DNA of 64,000 bases. Origin: the human T2T-CHM13v2.0 reference genome, Homo sapiens. A model generated the notes under the pieces. That model saw nothing but the letters and a program-made list of their open reading frames with translations, made no database searches and was not told the origin of the DNA. The DNA is taken from assembly GCF_009914755.1 (NCBI RefSeq), contig NC_060926.1; one strand, 5' to 3'. The position numbers and the translations under genes are program-made. Positions 1 to 14,345 of this stretch are shown piece by piece (positions within the stretch are counted from its first letter, which is position 1; every line of letters begins with the position of its first letter).

Positions 1-154
1 GAAAGAAATCTAAAAGGTACAAAATTAAGAACAAAAGCTCCAATGTATCCCTTTCCAATCTCTTTTGTATCCTTCAGAAAATTTCCTTGTACATGTAAGT
101 ACACATTTATGCATGTTTATGTGTATGAATCACACAGAAGATACACATATAATT

Positions 155-612
155 ATAGTTATTAATTAGGTTCTGTTAAGAAAGAAACAGCACATGCGAA
201 GTCGGCAGTTGAGAAGAGTTTCATAGAAGGACATTTACAAAAGTAGGCAAGTGTGAGCAGTGTGTAAGGACAGGAACAAGGGATTGTGCAGTGACCCTGA
301 ACTGTATCAGTTGGGAGCCTCTACAACTTCTGGGTATGTAGGGGCCAGGAGAAAGAGTGGTTCCCAGAATCTGGAGAGGTGCTTGACAAATGCTGTGGCT
401 TTTAAAGGGATACAGCCAACCTGCAGCAAAATAGGAAGGAGGCCAGGGGAATGAAGGGCTCCACCTCACTTTCCTCCAGCTTTCATATCTGCCAGGCCTC
501 CCATTGGATGAATTCAACCAAAAACCACAAGGCAGGGGAGCCCATGGATATATCCATTCAGGTAAACCTCTTGAGCAGGAAGCAGGATGGAGAATGGTGC
601 ACCTGAAAATAT
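155..612 (-). mobile_element. Old ERVL solo LTR, LTR33-like
   Basis: 495-600 (ggcctcccattgg...gggagcccatgg...ggatggagaatgg) resembles the reverse complement of the LTR33 5' end as recalled; boundaries approximate. Confidence 0.6.
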
Positions 613-619
613 TTAATTC

Positions 620-905
620 TTCCATATATGCATGTATGTATACACACATATTTCATGTAAGTGGAATCATACTCTGCACTGCTTTCTGCAACTATCTTTG
701 ATCATATAATGATATATTGATGAATATTACATATTAATGCACATAGGCCAACCTCATCTTTTAATGACTGCATAGTATTCTTTAGCATTTTTATTTAATA
801 AATTTATCTAGTTTTCCTGTTGCTTTATCTTCTCTTCCTCTATTGCTTGGCATTTCAGTGGTTTCTAGTTTTTTTGCTATTATAAATAATGCTGACATGA
901 ATGCA
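620..905 (-). mobile_element. L1M (L1MC/ME-type) 3' UTR relic
   Basis: Motifs ggaatcatac, ttaatgactgcatagtattc and ttttgctattataaataatgctg are typical of antisense old L1 3' ends. Confidence 0.6.
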
Positions 906-1719
906 GTATTATTTTAAAGGTAAGCAATAATAAATTGATTTAAGGAGTTATATCCCTAGAAAAATTCTAGTTTATAACCTTTGAAGACAACATCAACATC
1001 TTAGAATCTGTTACCTATTTACGGATGAGTTTAGTGTATTTCATTTTGATTTTTAACACTGTATTGCAGTTGAAATTAGCTGTATTTTTAGGGTATGTTA
1101 TCAAATCCAAGAACTCAGGTCCAGTGTAATTTGGAATTTGAACAGATTTCCATGGAGACCCAGATAACTATACTTTATTGTAGAAACCTAGAAACCATTC
1201 TCTGGGTTTTGATTGCTGTGTCAACCACTTTACTCTTTTGCTGGTGTCTATTGTTCCCCACCCCCACACCCCAAATCGGTAGGTCCGATGTTAGTCAACC
1301 TCATCCAAATTACAGGCATTTCTAAGTGAGTCCTGGCTTTGGAAAAACAATGGATTGATGAATAATAAGTGAGTGTATTATGTTTTTCAGGATTTCCATG
1401 CTGAGGGAGAGTCTGCTGAGTTGTAGGCTGCAAGGTCATTGATCTGTCAAGGCTGTTAAATGCCTATCATTATTGTGATGAGATCCTATAATCTATATTG
1501 GTGTCAGACACTCTGTTAGCTGTGTCAAGAAAGAAGGATCACGTCAGCAACAGTATCAGATAAGGGACAATGTTGTTTGCGGTTTTAAGTTTCAATATAA
1601 AACTATTCATGCCTGCCTGCTTTGTGGAGATGAACAGATTATGGTCTCTGATCCCACAGTAAATTGTGCTCTCTTAAAAAATTCCTCAGTTTTGGTTCTA
1701 AGAGGTTCACTTATTTCTA

Positions 1720-2985
1720 GTAATACTTATTGAGTCCTTACTGTGTGTCAAGCATTGTTACAAGTACATGAGATAAATTGATTGAGAATAAAATAGGCAA
1801 ATCCTCGGTCCTCATAAAGAGGGCAATAAACATGATCAGTAGTTAAATAGAGTATGCTAGATGAGGGCGAGTGGTAAGAAGGAAAGATGAGGCCAGGAGG
1901 AGGGATATACAGTGGGAGCAGGGAGACTAAAAGCTTAAGGAGGTTGTCCATGAGCTGCCTGAGGAAGTGAATCTGAGTAAAGACCTGAGGGAAGTGAGGG
2001 AGCCAGCTGTAGATATATCAAGGTGAAGAAGAACATCCCAGATGGTGGGAACAAGAAGGACAAAGGACCTTAGGCAGGAGTGTGGGAGGCATACTTGAGG
2101 ACATGTGGGGAGGCCAGCATGCAGGAGCAGAGTGAACATGGGGAGGGTGATGGGAGCTCAGGTGAGACGGGTAACGGGGTCCACATGGGGTATGTCCTCA
2201 TAGGTCAGAATAAGATTTTGTCTTTTACTCTATGTGAGATAGAAAGACATGGGAGGGTTTTGAGAGGGTGGTGACATAAGCTGACTTTCTTATTGACTTT
2301 CTTTTCAATAAGATTTGAAGAGGATCCTTGTGGGTGGCTGGCTGAGAAGAGCAGGGCAAGGAGATGAGGTAGGAGGCTACTGCAGAATTAAAGGGAAGAG
2401 CCATGGTGATAGCTTGAACCAAGGCCATGGCAGTGGAGGTGCGGAGAAGGAGTTGAATCTTGGCTATATTATATTTAAGGCCACAGTTATCAACCAAGGG
2501 TGATTTTGCCGTGCTGGGGACATTTGGCAATGCCTGGAGACATTTCTGGTTGTCAAAACTGGGGGTGCTACTGATGTGTGTTGAGTAAAATCCAGGGATG
2601 CTGATAAACATTCTAAAATGCACAGAGCAGTCTTCTACAATAAAGAATTATCAGGCCCAAAGAATCTCAACAGTGCCCAGGTTGAGAAACCCTGAGTTAA
2701 GATAAAGCCATCAGGATTTATTGACGTGGGATGGGTGATACTGACTTTGCCCTGAGCAACTGGAAGAGTGGAGTTGCTGTCATTTAATATGGGCTGAGAA
2801 GGAGCTGGTATACAGGGAATATTAAGCACTCAGAATTGGGCATGCTACACTTTTGATTCTGTTAGAAATTCTTGTGGAGGTGTCGACTAGGAAGTTATGG
2901 GGTCTGAATTCAGGAGAGAGGTTTCTGCTGGAGATATAAATTTGAGAGCTACTACCAAAGAGGTAGGATTTAAATATGTAGTCCT
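1720..2985 (-). mobile_element. L2 LINE 3' fragment, interrupted by MER20
   Basis: Starts with atacttattgagtccttactgtgtgtcaagc (reverse complement of the L2 3' terminus), then purine-rich L2 body continuing after 2695. Confidence 0.75.
2481..2694 (+). mobile_element. MER20 hAT-Charlie MITE
   Basis: gggtgattttgcc...ggacatttggcaatgcctggagacattt...gttgagaaaccctg matches the MER20 consensus; about 214 bp. Confidence 0.9.
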
Positions 2986-3084
2986 AGAAATGAAGAGATT
3001 AGCTTGAAATTTGTGATCTGGCATAGGTAGAGGATAAAATTCTAATATATTTCCTTTTAGGACTGAAACGATGTTAAAGAAAAT

Positions 3085-3220
3085 TGTTGTGGCAAAATAT
3101 ACACAACATAAACTTTACCATTTTAACCACTTCAAAGTATACAATTCAGTGATATTAGTACATCACAGTGTGGTGGAATCATCACCTCTATCTAATTTCA
3201 GAACATTTTCATCACCCCAA
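3085..3220 (-). mobile_element. L1MA/MB 3' end fragment
   Basis: tttaccattttaaccacttcaaagtatacaattcagtg...ttcagaacattttcatcacccc. Confidence 0.75.
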
Positions 3221-3311
3221 GCTATATTTTGCAAGTGAGCTTATAAAAAGTCTGGAAAACAAATTATGTTTTGAATAATACGTTCTGAAATAGAAGAAAA
3301 CTCCATATTTG

Positions 3312-3312
<1 letters not shown>

Positions 3313-3346
<34 letters not shown>
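3313..3346. repeat. (TG)17 microsatellite
   Basis: Seen directly. Confidence 0.97.
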
Positions 3347-3347
<1 letters not shown>

Positions 3348-3390
3348 CAGGCTTTTAAAATAGCCTTCAGTCATCCTAAGAGATTACTCT

Positions 3391-3801
3391 TGATATAGTT
3401 TGGATGTTTGTTCCATCTAAGTCTCACATTACAATGTAATCCCCAATGATGGAGATGGGGTCAGGTGGCAGGTGTTTGGATCATGAGGGGGGATCCCTGA
3501 AGAATGGCTTGGTGCCATCCTGGCAGTAGTGAGTGAGTTCTTGCTTTATTAGTTCCTGAGAGATCTGGTTGTTTAAAAGAGAATGGCACCTACCCCCCAT
3601 CTTGCTCCCTCTTGCCATGTGACACACTGGCTCTCCCTTTGCCTTCCTCTCTGATTGTAAGCTTCCTGAGGTCTCACCAGAAGCAGATGCTAGCACTGTG
3701 CTTCCTGTACAGTCTGTAGAACCATGAGCCAAATTAAACATTTTCTTTATAAATTACCTAGTCTTGGGTATTCCTTTGAGAAATGAAAACATACTAATAC
3801 A
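3391..3801 (+). mobile_element. MaLR solo LTR, MSTA/MSTB type
   Basis: tgatatagtttggatgtttg...ccatgagccaaattaaac...actaataca; TG...CA ends, 411 bp. Confidence 0.88.
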
Positions 3802-3849
3802 AGTATAATACTAACACTAATACAGACTAATACTAATACAGGTAAACAA

Positions 3850-4025
3850 ATGTTCAAATCCTGGTTGTCTAAGGGGAAAAAGTTGTTTAACCTCTCTGAG
3901 CCATATTTATCCATCTGAAAATGGATATTGATAATAAACACTTTACAGGACTCTTTGAGAATTAAGTAAGACACTTTGAAATACCTAATATATAGTGGCT
4001 ATTCAATAACTGTTAGCTACTATTT
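3850..4025 (+). mobile_element. MIR SINE
   Basis: Core ttaacctctctgagcc...catctgaaaatgg and 3' tail ttcaataactgttagctactatt. Confidence 0.75.
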
Positions 4026-4963
4026 CTATCATTGTTGTATAATAATTTCAGGTTTAAAATATTTACTTGTGCTTTTATGTTATACAATTTCTGTATACTT
4101 CTCTTAGACATACAAAAAAGAGGGGATTATTTGACAGATATGTGCACTTTATTAATAAATGGTCAAAATTATTTCACTGGCTTTTTTAGGTCTAAAACTT
4201 TATATATGCCAAACTCTAGGAAAGTTTTAATTTCAGTAGCTCATGCTCAATGAATAAAAAGGGTGAGGATAATGACCTGTTTCTAAGAACTAAGTATATA
4301 AATTGGAATTAATATTTTTGGAAAAAAGAGACTATGAAAATTGCGTTGCATAAGGAATAAAGTATCTTACATATATTAATATTTAGTTATAGCTTAAATA
4401 ATAGTGTTTTCAGCATTGAATGTACTTTAAGGAAAAAATTGCATTATGTATATTACCTATTTATATATTAAAGGTTAGGAATTTTAGAGAAAATAAAATG
4501 TTCTTAGGAGAGAGCTATTTTTTAAAATATGTGCTAGAAGTTCATGAAATTTTTTTCTGGAAATTTTACTTATGTTGACATCATTTTAATTACTTCCATG
4601 GATATTGGTTTATCTAAGAGGCATGAGTGTTAAATCAGCAATATCCAAAAGTATAGACATATGGCCTGGAGTTCACCACTAAAAATTCTAATTTTTTTAT
4701 AGACCACAGTCACTAATTTTCCAAGGTTTCCAATAGGTCAGAAAAACATCCATCTTACCTAAATTGCATAAAATAAATTACTCTGCTATATTTTTTCTAA
4801 GTAGTATTAAAATATAGGCTCCCTGAGGACAGGGCATTTTGCTGGTTTTATTCACCAATATACTCCAAGTGTCAAGAATATACATAACCTATATAATAAG
4901 AATAAAATATGAAAAATATCCCCAGCACATTAAATAAAATAAGGGACACTGTCTTTTGGGGGG

Positions 4964-4996
4964 TGTGTGTGTGTGTGTGTGTGCTTGTGTGTGTGT
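4964..4996. repeat. (TG)n microsatellite, one interruption
   Basis: Seen directly. Confidence 0.9.
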
Positions 4997-6268
4997 ACAT
5001 GTATTTAGGGGAGTTGAGAAGAGATGAAAGAGAAAATATGACCCATCTTATTCTAGAGCTTGTAGTATATATTGAGGAGAGGATATAAAATGACTATAAA
5101 TTAAAGTCAAACTTATAAATCAGTAAATGTGAAAATGTATTTCCATGTCACTTTATTCCAGTACCATTTCTGATCATCTCTGGAAAAGAGGTTGAACTCA
5201 ATCTTTAAAAAACAGGCTCACATAGTTAAAGATTTAAATATTATTCTAAATCTTATAACAAGATATTATAGTTATATCTCACCTTCCAGTTCATTTACAT
5301 AAAGAGACAGTTTCAGCTCTTTTTGCTGTTTATTCTGATATTCACCTTCATATTTCTAGGTAATATGCTCATGATTGATACTTCTTAGTTGATAGATATT
5401 AGATAGTTCCTATTGACTCTCTGTTATGTTAGTTAAGGATTTATGTCTCCTAGATCTACTCCTCTCCTCCTTACTACAGTTATTCAGAATAGTTCTATCA
5501 AAATATTTAAATCAACAAACAGTGCCCATACTCTTTGTAGTGTCCGCTGCTGAGCCAAGCAGTGTGCTGTGCACCTGCATCCTTTCTTGTTCAGCTTTTT
5601 CTTTTACATGGAAATGAAAAATTTCCTTCTTTATTGTTTTGCTTGGTTTTCTTTGAACCTACTGCTGCTTTTCCCCAAGGCTCCATCTGATATGTCACAT
5701 GCCCATCATTAATTTATTCAAAGATTCAAGCGCAGTTCCAAGTGCTCTATTATATTTTTTTCTTTGGGAGATTTTCCCACAGTCCTGTCCCCCTGCACAG
5801 CCTGCATAGTCATCATCTGTGGAACATCCTTTTGCTCTCGATCATCTTGAATCCCTTGTTTCCTGTTCTGTTTCTCTTCTTTGCCTTTATTGTCGTGTTT
5901 TCCAGAACTGCTAAACGCATCCTCTAGTACTGCTAAAATAGGGTGTACTGGAAGTAATTTTTCAAATCCGTTGATGTCTGAAAGGGTCTTTGTGCTTGTC
6001 ATATACTTGATTGATAGCTTGGGTGTGACATTCAAGGTTAAAAGGCATTTTTTCCTTCAGAATTTTGAAAGTCTTGCCCTATTGTATTATAGTCCCCAGT
6101 GCCATTACTGAGAAATTTGACGCCATTCTGATCCCGACTTTTTGCACATTGCTACCTGTTTGCTTGTTATTCTTTCTCTGGCATCTTTTTTTATCCATGA
6201 AGTCTGAAATTTCGTGATTATATGCTTTGAGGTAAGCCTGTTTTCTTTATGGTGCTAGATGTTTGTAG

Positions 6269-6909
<641 letters not shown>

Positions 6910-7454
6910 TGATCTTCAATTTTTAGATAATTTCCATATTTGTGTTTTGTTTGTATATTTATTTTAATGTCTAAATTTTTTTTCTACTTCATCTTTTAAC
7001 TATTATTTTGAACTTTTTTTATTTCTACAATCCCTTTTTTTAATTTGTAAGGTCTTTTACTTGTTCTATGATTTTTTTAAATTTCATCTTGTTTCATAGA
7101 TGTAGTGACTTTTCATTCAGAGGATATTAAGGACAGTTTAATCTTTTTCCTTTCATTCTCTGCTTCCTCTGAGTCATTTTTTCCTGTTTCCTTCATTTAT
7201 GTGTTTGATCATGGCCCCTGACATAGTGAGCTTTCTTCTAATGTCTATTAATTATTGGCTATCTCTTTAGTGTTTCACATTATTAAAAGCGAGGCACTAA
7301 AACTGATTCAACGTTCCATGTACATGACTCAGTTGTTGGGCTTCACTGTCAAAATATTTTTGTGTGGAGAGCTGGCTTTTTTATTAGAGTATGGGTCCCT
7401 CAAATAATCTATATTTATCAATACCCAGAGTTTTTTCTCTGGAAGTCTATTCTT

Positions 7455-8375
7455 TAAGGTGGAGGCTAAGCAGCTGTAACAAAGATGCTCCCAAATACAG
7501 TGGTTTAAAAAGATAGAAGCTCAGACCTCTCTTATGTGAAATCATGTAGTTAGTGGTCCAGACTGGAGGCTCCGCTCCCTGTGTCCATTCAGCCAGGCAC
7601 CTTTCTTTCATATTCGGGAAAGACATCATCATTCTCTGCCCATCCAAGCTGGGTCACAGGCATTTCCATGTTCTAGTTGATGAAAAGAGGTAAGAGCTGA
7701 AGTCCAGAACAACAGATTTCAAACAAGTGACACAGCAGTTCCATCCATGTTGCAATTCTCTATTGCTGTGTAATAGCTCACCCCAAAATAGTGATTTAAA
7801 ACAGTAACACACCAATTTTGTTCACACATCAGTGGGTCATTAGGCCCTGCTAAGTGTTCTCACTTGGGTTCGTTCTCTTGTGCCATTGTAATCAGCTGGT
7901 TCAGGGGCTGGGGTCATCTGGAGGGCTTCATCACTCACATAGCTGGCACCTGGGCTGGGAGGACTTAACTAGCTGGGGTTGGAACAGCTGAAATTCTTCA
8001 GGTATCCCTTTCTCTCTGTGTGGTCTCGCCATATGGAAGCTTCAGGGCAGCCGGGATCCTTACATAGGTGTCTGAAGGCTCTCAGAGTAAGCTTCCACAG
8101 AGAAACAGAGAAGAACTGCTTGGCTTGTTCTTAACTAGCCTGAGGGCCATGCATGGTCACTTTTTCTGCCTTCTGTTAGTTACAATTAAGTCTCCAAGGA
8201 GAGAGCTTCCAGATCATCTCTTGATGGGAGGAGTGGCAAATAATTTACAGATGTGTTTTAAAGCTGCCATGACCCATCACTTCTGTTTACAAATTTCACT
8301 GGTGAGAAGATAGTTACCTGGCCACTCCTAGCCACAAGGGAAGGTGAGTCTGTGACTGGGCTGTTATGTAAGAAG
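7455..8375 (-). mobile_element. Nested MLT1 LTRs: an MLT1F/G/H-like LTR (~7748-8270) inside an older MLT1J/K-like LTR
   Basis: Two separate MLT1 3'-end motifs (gctgtaacaa...cagtggtttaaa at 7473 and attgctgtgtaata...gtgatttaaaaca at 7762); outer element resumes at catcacttctg (~8275). Confidence 0.6.
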
Positions 8376-10337
8376 GGAAATTGGATTTAGTCATAATAAA
8401 TGCATAATTTTTAGTATAGGAGCTATTCAGCGTCTCCTCAAATAGGAACATTTTTTCTACTACCTACGCTGGACTACTGAAAAAAGGGCAAGGGAGTGGG
8501 TCTCGGTGGAGATGGCTCAACATTTAGTCCCCAGTATTTCACGTATATCCTCTCTTTTGAATGATATACCTCAAATTGCCTTCCACGTTGTCTACTCTTC
8601 TCAAGAATGTCCTCTTGAGAAGTTGAATTTTGCTGTCTGTTTTCCTGCAGAGATTAAGGAAGGGACAGAGGAAAGGATCTGGGGAGCTAATTAGTTCCAT
8701 GTATGGATTTTAAAGTATTCTTCATTTCAAGCCACAAGCCTTGCCCCTTCTTAGAGTGTCTAGGTCCCAAGCCTTCCCAGAGTTCTGCAAGTATAAATTG
8801 CCTTTTTGTTGTTGGTTCATACTCTTCTGTAGGCCCCTAATATTCAGCTTCTTTTACATTGCAAAGCCGCTTAGAGCTCCTACATTTATCTGCCTCTTCA
8901 TGTTGCAGAATTCATTGCTATATCTTCTCGACCTTTCTCTCTTTTTGACCTTTACTGAGTTATATCATTTAATGCTTTTAACTGTTATTTCAGTGGAGTA
9001 TTAGCAGGGAGTGAAAATTATACCTATGTCATGTCTTCCACATTAACGGGAAGTCTTCTCATTTACGTTTTACCACTTCTACCACAGTCTGTTTGTTCTG
9101 GAATATAATAGCATGTTGAACTGGGTTAATTTTACAATAATTGACCCAGGTATCCTCTTTGCACATATGCTAGAAAATCTGTCTATAATAACTGGCCACT
9201 AAAGCTTTTTCAGATTAAAACTTCAAAAAACCTAATTCAAATGTTCATTGGCTTTAGATGATTGGGAGTTGAATTGAGATACTGGATTGACAATTTGATA
9301 TGGGAAATATTCTGCCTCGTGGTGAAATTATTGGTGGAGAAATTTCTTTTTGGCACCTGGAAATGTCTCCCTGCACCTTTTTCGGCCATGGCAGAGTTTT
9401 GATATTTTACTTAAGTTTGAATTATTATTAACTGGGAAATACAGGTCACTATATAAATACAAACAAAGGTCAGAGTTCAAGTCAGACATATCAGAGTGGA
9501 ATTGAATCATAAACTAAAGACTGAACAACAGTACTTTGGAGTAACAAAGGAACCTTAAAAGCTTACCTTGTAAACACCTTTATGGTCATGACCTTAGATG
9601 CCATAAACCACAGTCAATTTTTATTGGAATCAAAGTTTTTAAAAGCCCACCTTCTTCTGTGTACCTTATGGATTTACCCTATTTATGCAGTTATTTTGAT
9701 ATTTCACTAAAGTTCCCAACACTATAGCCACAGATGACATATATGCTGTAGACATTAGGGCCACAGATGTTATCTGAGACTCAATTAGAGAAATAAAAGG
9801 TGTACATTTAACATCACTCATACTTATTACCTTATTCTAATAATATGTACTATTAAAGCTTATTTTCTTAGCAAAAGTAGAAATACAAATTAAACATCTC
9901 AGGCTTTTGTTTCCTTTCTTTTTAGAGTTACTATGGGAATCAAGTAACTATTACAGATCATGTAGAGAATCCATGATATTATTACTCTCTTACATTGATC
10001 ATTTTCCCCCAAAAGTGTAAAATAAAAAGCTATTGTGGAAATAAGTAGTTCTGTCATCCAGTGGTGGATTTAATTCATGAATACACTTCACTACAAAAAG
10101 AATAAAATGTGGATTTGCCTTTTGTAGCTTTTCCCTCAGGGTTAATAATTTTCTAATTGAATGCAGCTGCTCAAAGATTTCTATTGCTAAATATATGTAC
10201 TATGTTGCAAAAGGTGCTGCACTTTTAATCTTTTTAGAAACTGTTTTCAGCTTAATTACTTGGCTTTATTTGTACAACTTTATACCATTTTCAAATACTG
10301 ATGACTGTACATGATAAAGGAGCTGACACTACATACA

Positions 10338-10472
10338 AGGCAGGTTGGTGGAATGGTTCAGAGCATGGACACTGGAATCAGGCTGTCTAGGTCCTAAGCC
10401 ATGCTGTGTGTGACCTTGAGCAAGTTCCTTAACCTTATGCCTCTACCTTCTCATCCAAAAAACGGGAATGAA
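10338..10472 (+). mobile_element. MIR SINE
   Basis: ggttcagagcatggacactggaatcagg...gctgtgtgtgaccttgagcaagttccttaacc. Confidence 0.85.
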
Positions 10473-11473
10473 TGAGAAGCACGATATAAAACCTAGTTGA
10501 TATTCTATGTTACATACTGAAACTAAGTTTTCTATACTCAAAGTACATATTACGTGCTTGAGTCATATAAAGCATGTAACTAATGCTACTTTTTATTTCT
10601 GGTAAATAGGTGTTACTTGAAGAGACTTATTCTTTGGCCCTCCACCTTCTGACACGTAGAACGTAATGTAGTTTGGATACATACACATGCATCTAATGAT
10701 AAATGTTATTTTTCTAAAGTGGCCATTAGGTATTCCTTTTCTGCACGTTAAAGTTTATTTTCTAAAATATTTAAATTTTTTTATGTTATTGCATGTCTCT
10801 AGTGACATTCCTAATGTACTTTAGCTGTTTCAAATATTGGGCCTCCAATATTTTCCTCTGATATTTCCATTCATAAAACTCTATTGTTTTCAAAGCAAGA
10901 GCTCTGGGATTCTATCCAAAGCAATTACCAGGCAGAATGTAGTCTCAAAGCTTTCTTAGAACTGACAGTCTGTGGCATGTTTGAACAAACCTGGGTTTGA
11001 GCTTAGATGGGTCCATATGATTGACTTCTTCAATTTCAGACTTAACATGAGGAAAAGCCAGAGTGTAGGTGGGAATAAGTGGCATCTTTATATTTGGTAA
11101 TGAGTTCAAAAAATATTATATTATGGCACCTTCTCTTTTATTTCTCTTATATAGGCCTTACAATAGCCCTGGGATGCTGCAGGCAGGACAGGAATACCAT
11201 TTTATTTTACAGTTGAAGAAACTGAGTTTGAAGAGTGTAGATATGTGATAGAACTGAAACTTGCCCAGTGCCCTTTTATGACTTGAATTTTCTTTATGAA
11301 AAGGTCTTAGGTTTTCTTCTTTTGAAACTGTAACGTAGAACTGCTTATGATGTTGCCATTCTCCACAGAGGATCTCATTAATAAAAAAAAATACAACTTT
11401 TTAATACCATGTAAATGGGTTACCATTTTGGGTGGTTGATGATCCAAATGAACCAATGTTTTATGCCAAGTGG

Positions 11474-11508
<35 letters not shown>

Positions 11509-12921
11509 GAATTCCATGCTATTACAATACTAGTAATTGTTAGCCTGAAAGATTGGCTATTTATTTTAAGCAACTTTATTGAAGCATAATTTATATTACA
11601 TAATATTTACCAATTTAAAATGTATAATTCAAACTTTTTAGTACATTTATTAAGTTGTGCAGACATCAACACAATCTAATTTTAGATCACTTTAATCACC
11701 CCAATAAAATCCTGCATGCCCATTTACAGTTAGCCTCTGTCCTGCCTCTAGCCCAGGCAACCACTAATCTACTTTCCGTCTCAATAAATTGTCTTCTCTG
11801 GATATTTCATATAAATAGAATAATACAATATTGGCCTTTTAAAACCAGCTTCTTTCATATCACATAATGTTTTGTGGTTGCTCTATATTATAGCATCTAT
11901 CACTATTTCATTCTTTTGTATTACTGAATAGTATTCCATTGTATGGATATAACACATTTAAAAATATTCACATTTGTGTTGTTTCTACTCTTTGGCTGCT
12001 ATGGATAATGCTGTTATGGGCATAACATGCAAATTTTGGCATAGACATATGCTTTCATTTCTCTTGGGAGCAGAGTTGTTGTCTTGTATGGAATATACAT
12101 GCTGAACTTTTTAAGAAAAACTATTTTCCAACCTGACTATAGTATTTCACATTGCCATCAGTGATATATGAGAGTCCCTGTTTCCCCACATTCTTGCTAA
12201 TATTTGATATTGTCTTTTTGATTGTAGTTATTTTAGTGGGTGTGAAATAGTTCCTCATTGTGGTTTTAATTTGCATTTCACTATATCTTTGAAAGTATTA
12301 GCCACTTGTATATTTTCTTTGGTGAAATGTTTATGTACATCTTTTTTGCATTTTTTAAAACTGTTTTCCTATTAGTGAGTTTCAAGAGTTCTTTGTACAT
12401 TCTGGATGCAAATCCTTTATTGGATGTGAGTTTTGCAAATATTTTCTCCCAGCTTGTGGCTTTTCTTTTCAGTTTAATGGTGTCTTTTGAAGTGCAAAAG
12501 TTTTGTATTCTTATGAAGCCTAGTTTTCCAATTTTAAAAAATTAATGGATTATACTTTGGTCTTTTATCTAAGAAATCTTTGCCCTGTTCAGAGTCTCAA
12601 GATTTTCTCCTATGTCGTCTTCTAAAATTTTTATAGTTTTAACTCTTACATTTAAGTCTGTGACTCATTTCAAATTAATTTCTTTGGTATGAATAAAAGT
12701 CTAAGTTCAATTTTTTACATGTGGCTATTCAATTGTGCTAGCATAATTTGTTGTAAAAACTATGGAAATTCTTCATTGAATTGCCTTGGCATCTTTGTTG
12801 AAAATCAATTAAATGTAAATATTAGAGTTTATTTCTGGAATGTCTGTTCTGTTCCATTGATCTATAGTCTATACATAATCCTTATGCCAGTACTATATAC
12901 ATATATACATATATATATATA

Positions 12922-13132
12922 TTTTTTTTAAGACAGGGTCTCACTATGTCACCCACTCTGGAGTGCCATGGTGCAATTACTGTTCACTGCAGCCTCAATC
13001 TCCTAGGCTCAAGCAATCCTTCTATCTCAGCCTCCCAAGTAGCTAGGACTACAGGTGTGCACCACCCTGCCTGGCTACTTATTTTTAATTAAAAAAAAAT
13101 TTGTAGAGACAAGGTCTCACTGTGTTGCCTAG
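12922..13132 (-). mobile_element. AluJ, 5'-truncated, with (TA)n at 12893-12921
   Basis: gacagggtctcact...ctcctaggctcaagcaatcct (J-type) through the middle A-rich linker. Confidence 0.85.
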
Positions 13133-13162
13133 AGATCATTATAGAAAGAATCGTTCTCTTAA

Positions 13163-14123
13163 TGTGTCCGTAACTGGTTCCTTCCGGTGGGTTCTTGGTC
13201 TCGCTGACTTCAAGAATGAAGTCACGGACCTGCATGGTGAGTGTTGCAGTTCTTAAAGATAGTGTGTCCAGAGTTTGTTCCTTCAGATGTTCAGATGTAT
13301 CCGGAGTTTCTTCCTTCTGGTGGGCTCGTGGTCTCGCTGACTTCAGGAGTGAAGCCACAGACCTTCACAGTGAGTGTTACAGCTCTTAAAGGTGGCACAT
13401 CTGGAGTTGTTTGTTCCTTCCCAGTGGGTTCATGGTCTCACTGACTTCAGGAGTGAAGCCGCAGACCCTCGTGGTGAGTGTTACAACTCATAAAGGTAGT
13501 GTGGACCCAAAGAGTGAGCAGTAGCAAGATTTATTGTGAAGAGCGAAAGAACAAAGCTTCCACAGTGTGGAAGGGGACCCAAGCAGGTTGCCGCTGCGGG
13601 CTCAGGTGGCCAGCTTTTATTCCCTTATTTGACCCTGGCTATGTCCTGCTGATTGGACCATTTTACAGAGCACTGATTGGTGCATTTTTACAGAGTGCTG
13701 ATTGGTGCATTTACAAACCTTTAGCTAGACACAGAGCGCTGATTGGTGCGCTTTTACAGAGTGCTGATTGGTGCGCTTACAAACCTTCAGCTAGACACAG
13801 AATGCTGTTTGGTGCATTTTTACAGAGTGCTGATTGGTGCGTTTACAAACCTTTAGCTAGACACAGAGTGCTGATTGGTGCATTTACAAACCTGTAGCTA
13901 GACACAGAGCGCTTGCGTTTTTACAGAGTGCTGATTGGTGCATTTACAATCCTTTAGCTAAACACAGAGTGCTGATTGGTGCGTTTTTACAGAGTGCTGA
14001 TTGGTGCGTTTACAATCTTTTAGACACAGAGCACTGATCAGTGCATTTACAGTCCTCTAGCTAGACAGAAAAGTTCTCCAAGTCTCCACTCAACCCAGGA
14101 AATCTAGCTGGCTTCACCTCTCA
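13163..14123 (-). mobile_element. LTR12 (ERV9/HERV9) solo LTR
   Basis: Minus strand begins TGAGAGGTGAAGCCAGCT and ends CGGACACA; perfect 4-bp TSD ttaa at 13159-13162 and 14124-14127; CCAAT tandem array. Confidence 0.95.
13613..14060 (-). promoter_or_regulatory. LTR12 U3 enhancer/promoter: 10 intact CCAAT (NF-Y) boxes plus an AATAAAA TATA-like box
   Basis: gattgg counted ten times between 13651 and 14004; gcttttattccc at 13613-13624. Confidence 0.75.
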
Positions 14124-14345
14124 TTAACAATATTGAGTCTTCCAATCCATGGACATAGAATGTCTCATCTCTTTAATTTCCTTCAGTGATGTTTTATAAA
14201 TTTTAGTGTATAAGCCTTGTCCTTCTTTTGTTAAGTTTATTCATAAGTATTTTTTATTCAGTTTGAATAGAGTTTTTCTTTAAATTCTGCTTTTAGAGTT
14301 TTGACTTCTAAGACAAAGAAATGCAATAGATTGTTTAAAAATATA

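Larger units (their letters stand above)
11559..14340 (-). mobile_element. L1MB/MC-type LINE-1 3' portion, interrupted by AluJ and LTR12
   Basis: caactttattgaagcataatt 3' terminus, caggcaaccactaatctactttc, antisense ORF2 C-terminal motifs; resumes at 14124 (ttaacaatattgagtcttccaatccatg). Confidence 0.85.

Noticed and set aside
11478-11510. T28 followed by acag as a splice acceptor or processed-pseudogene tail
   Set aside because: No downstream donor, open frame or TSD that I could identify
13640-14060. CRISPR-like periodic array
   Set aside because: Units are the normal LTR12 CCAAT tandem repeats with no unique spacers; eukaryotic context and no cas genes
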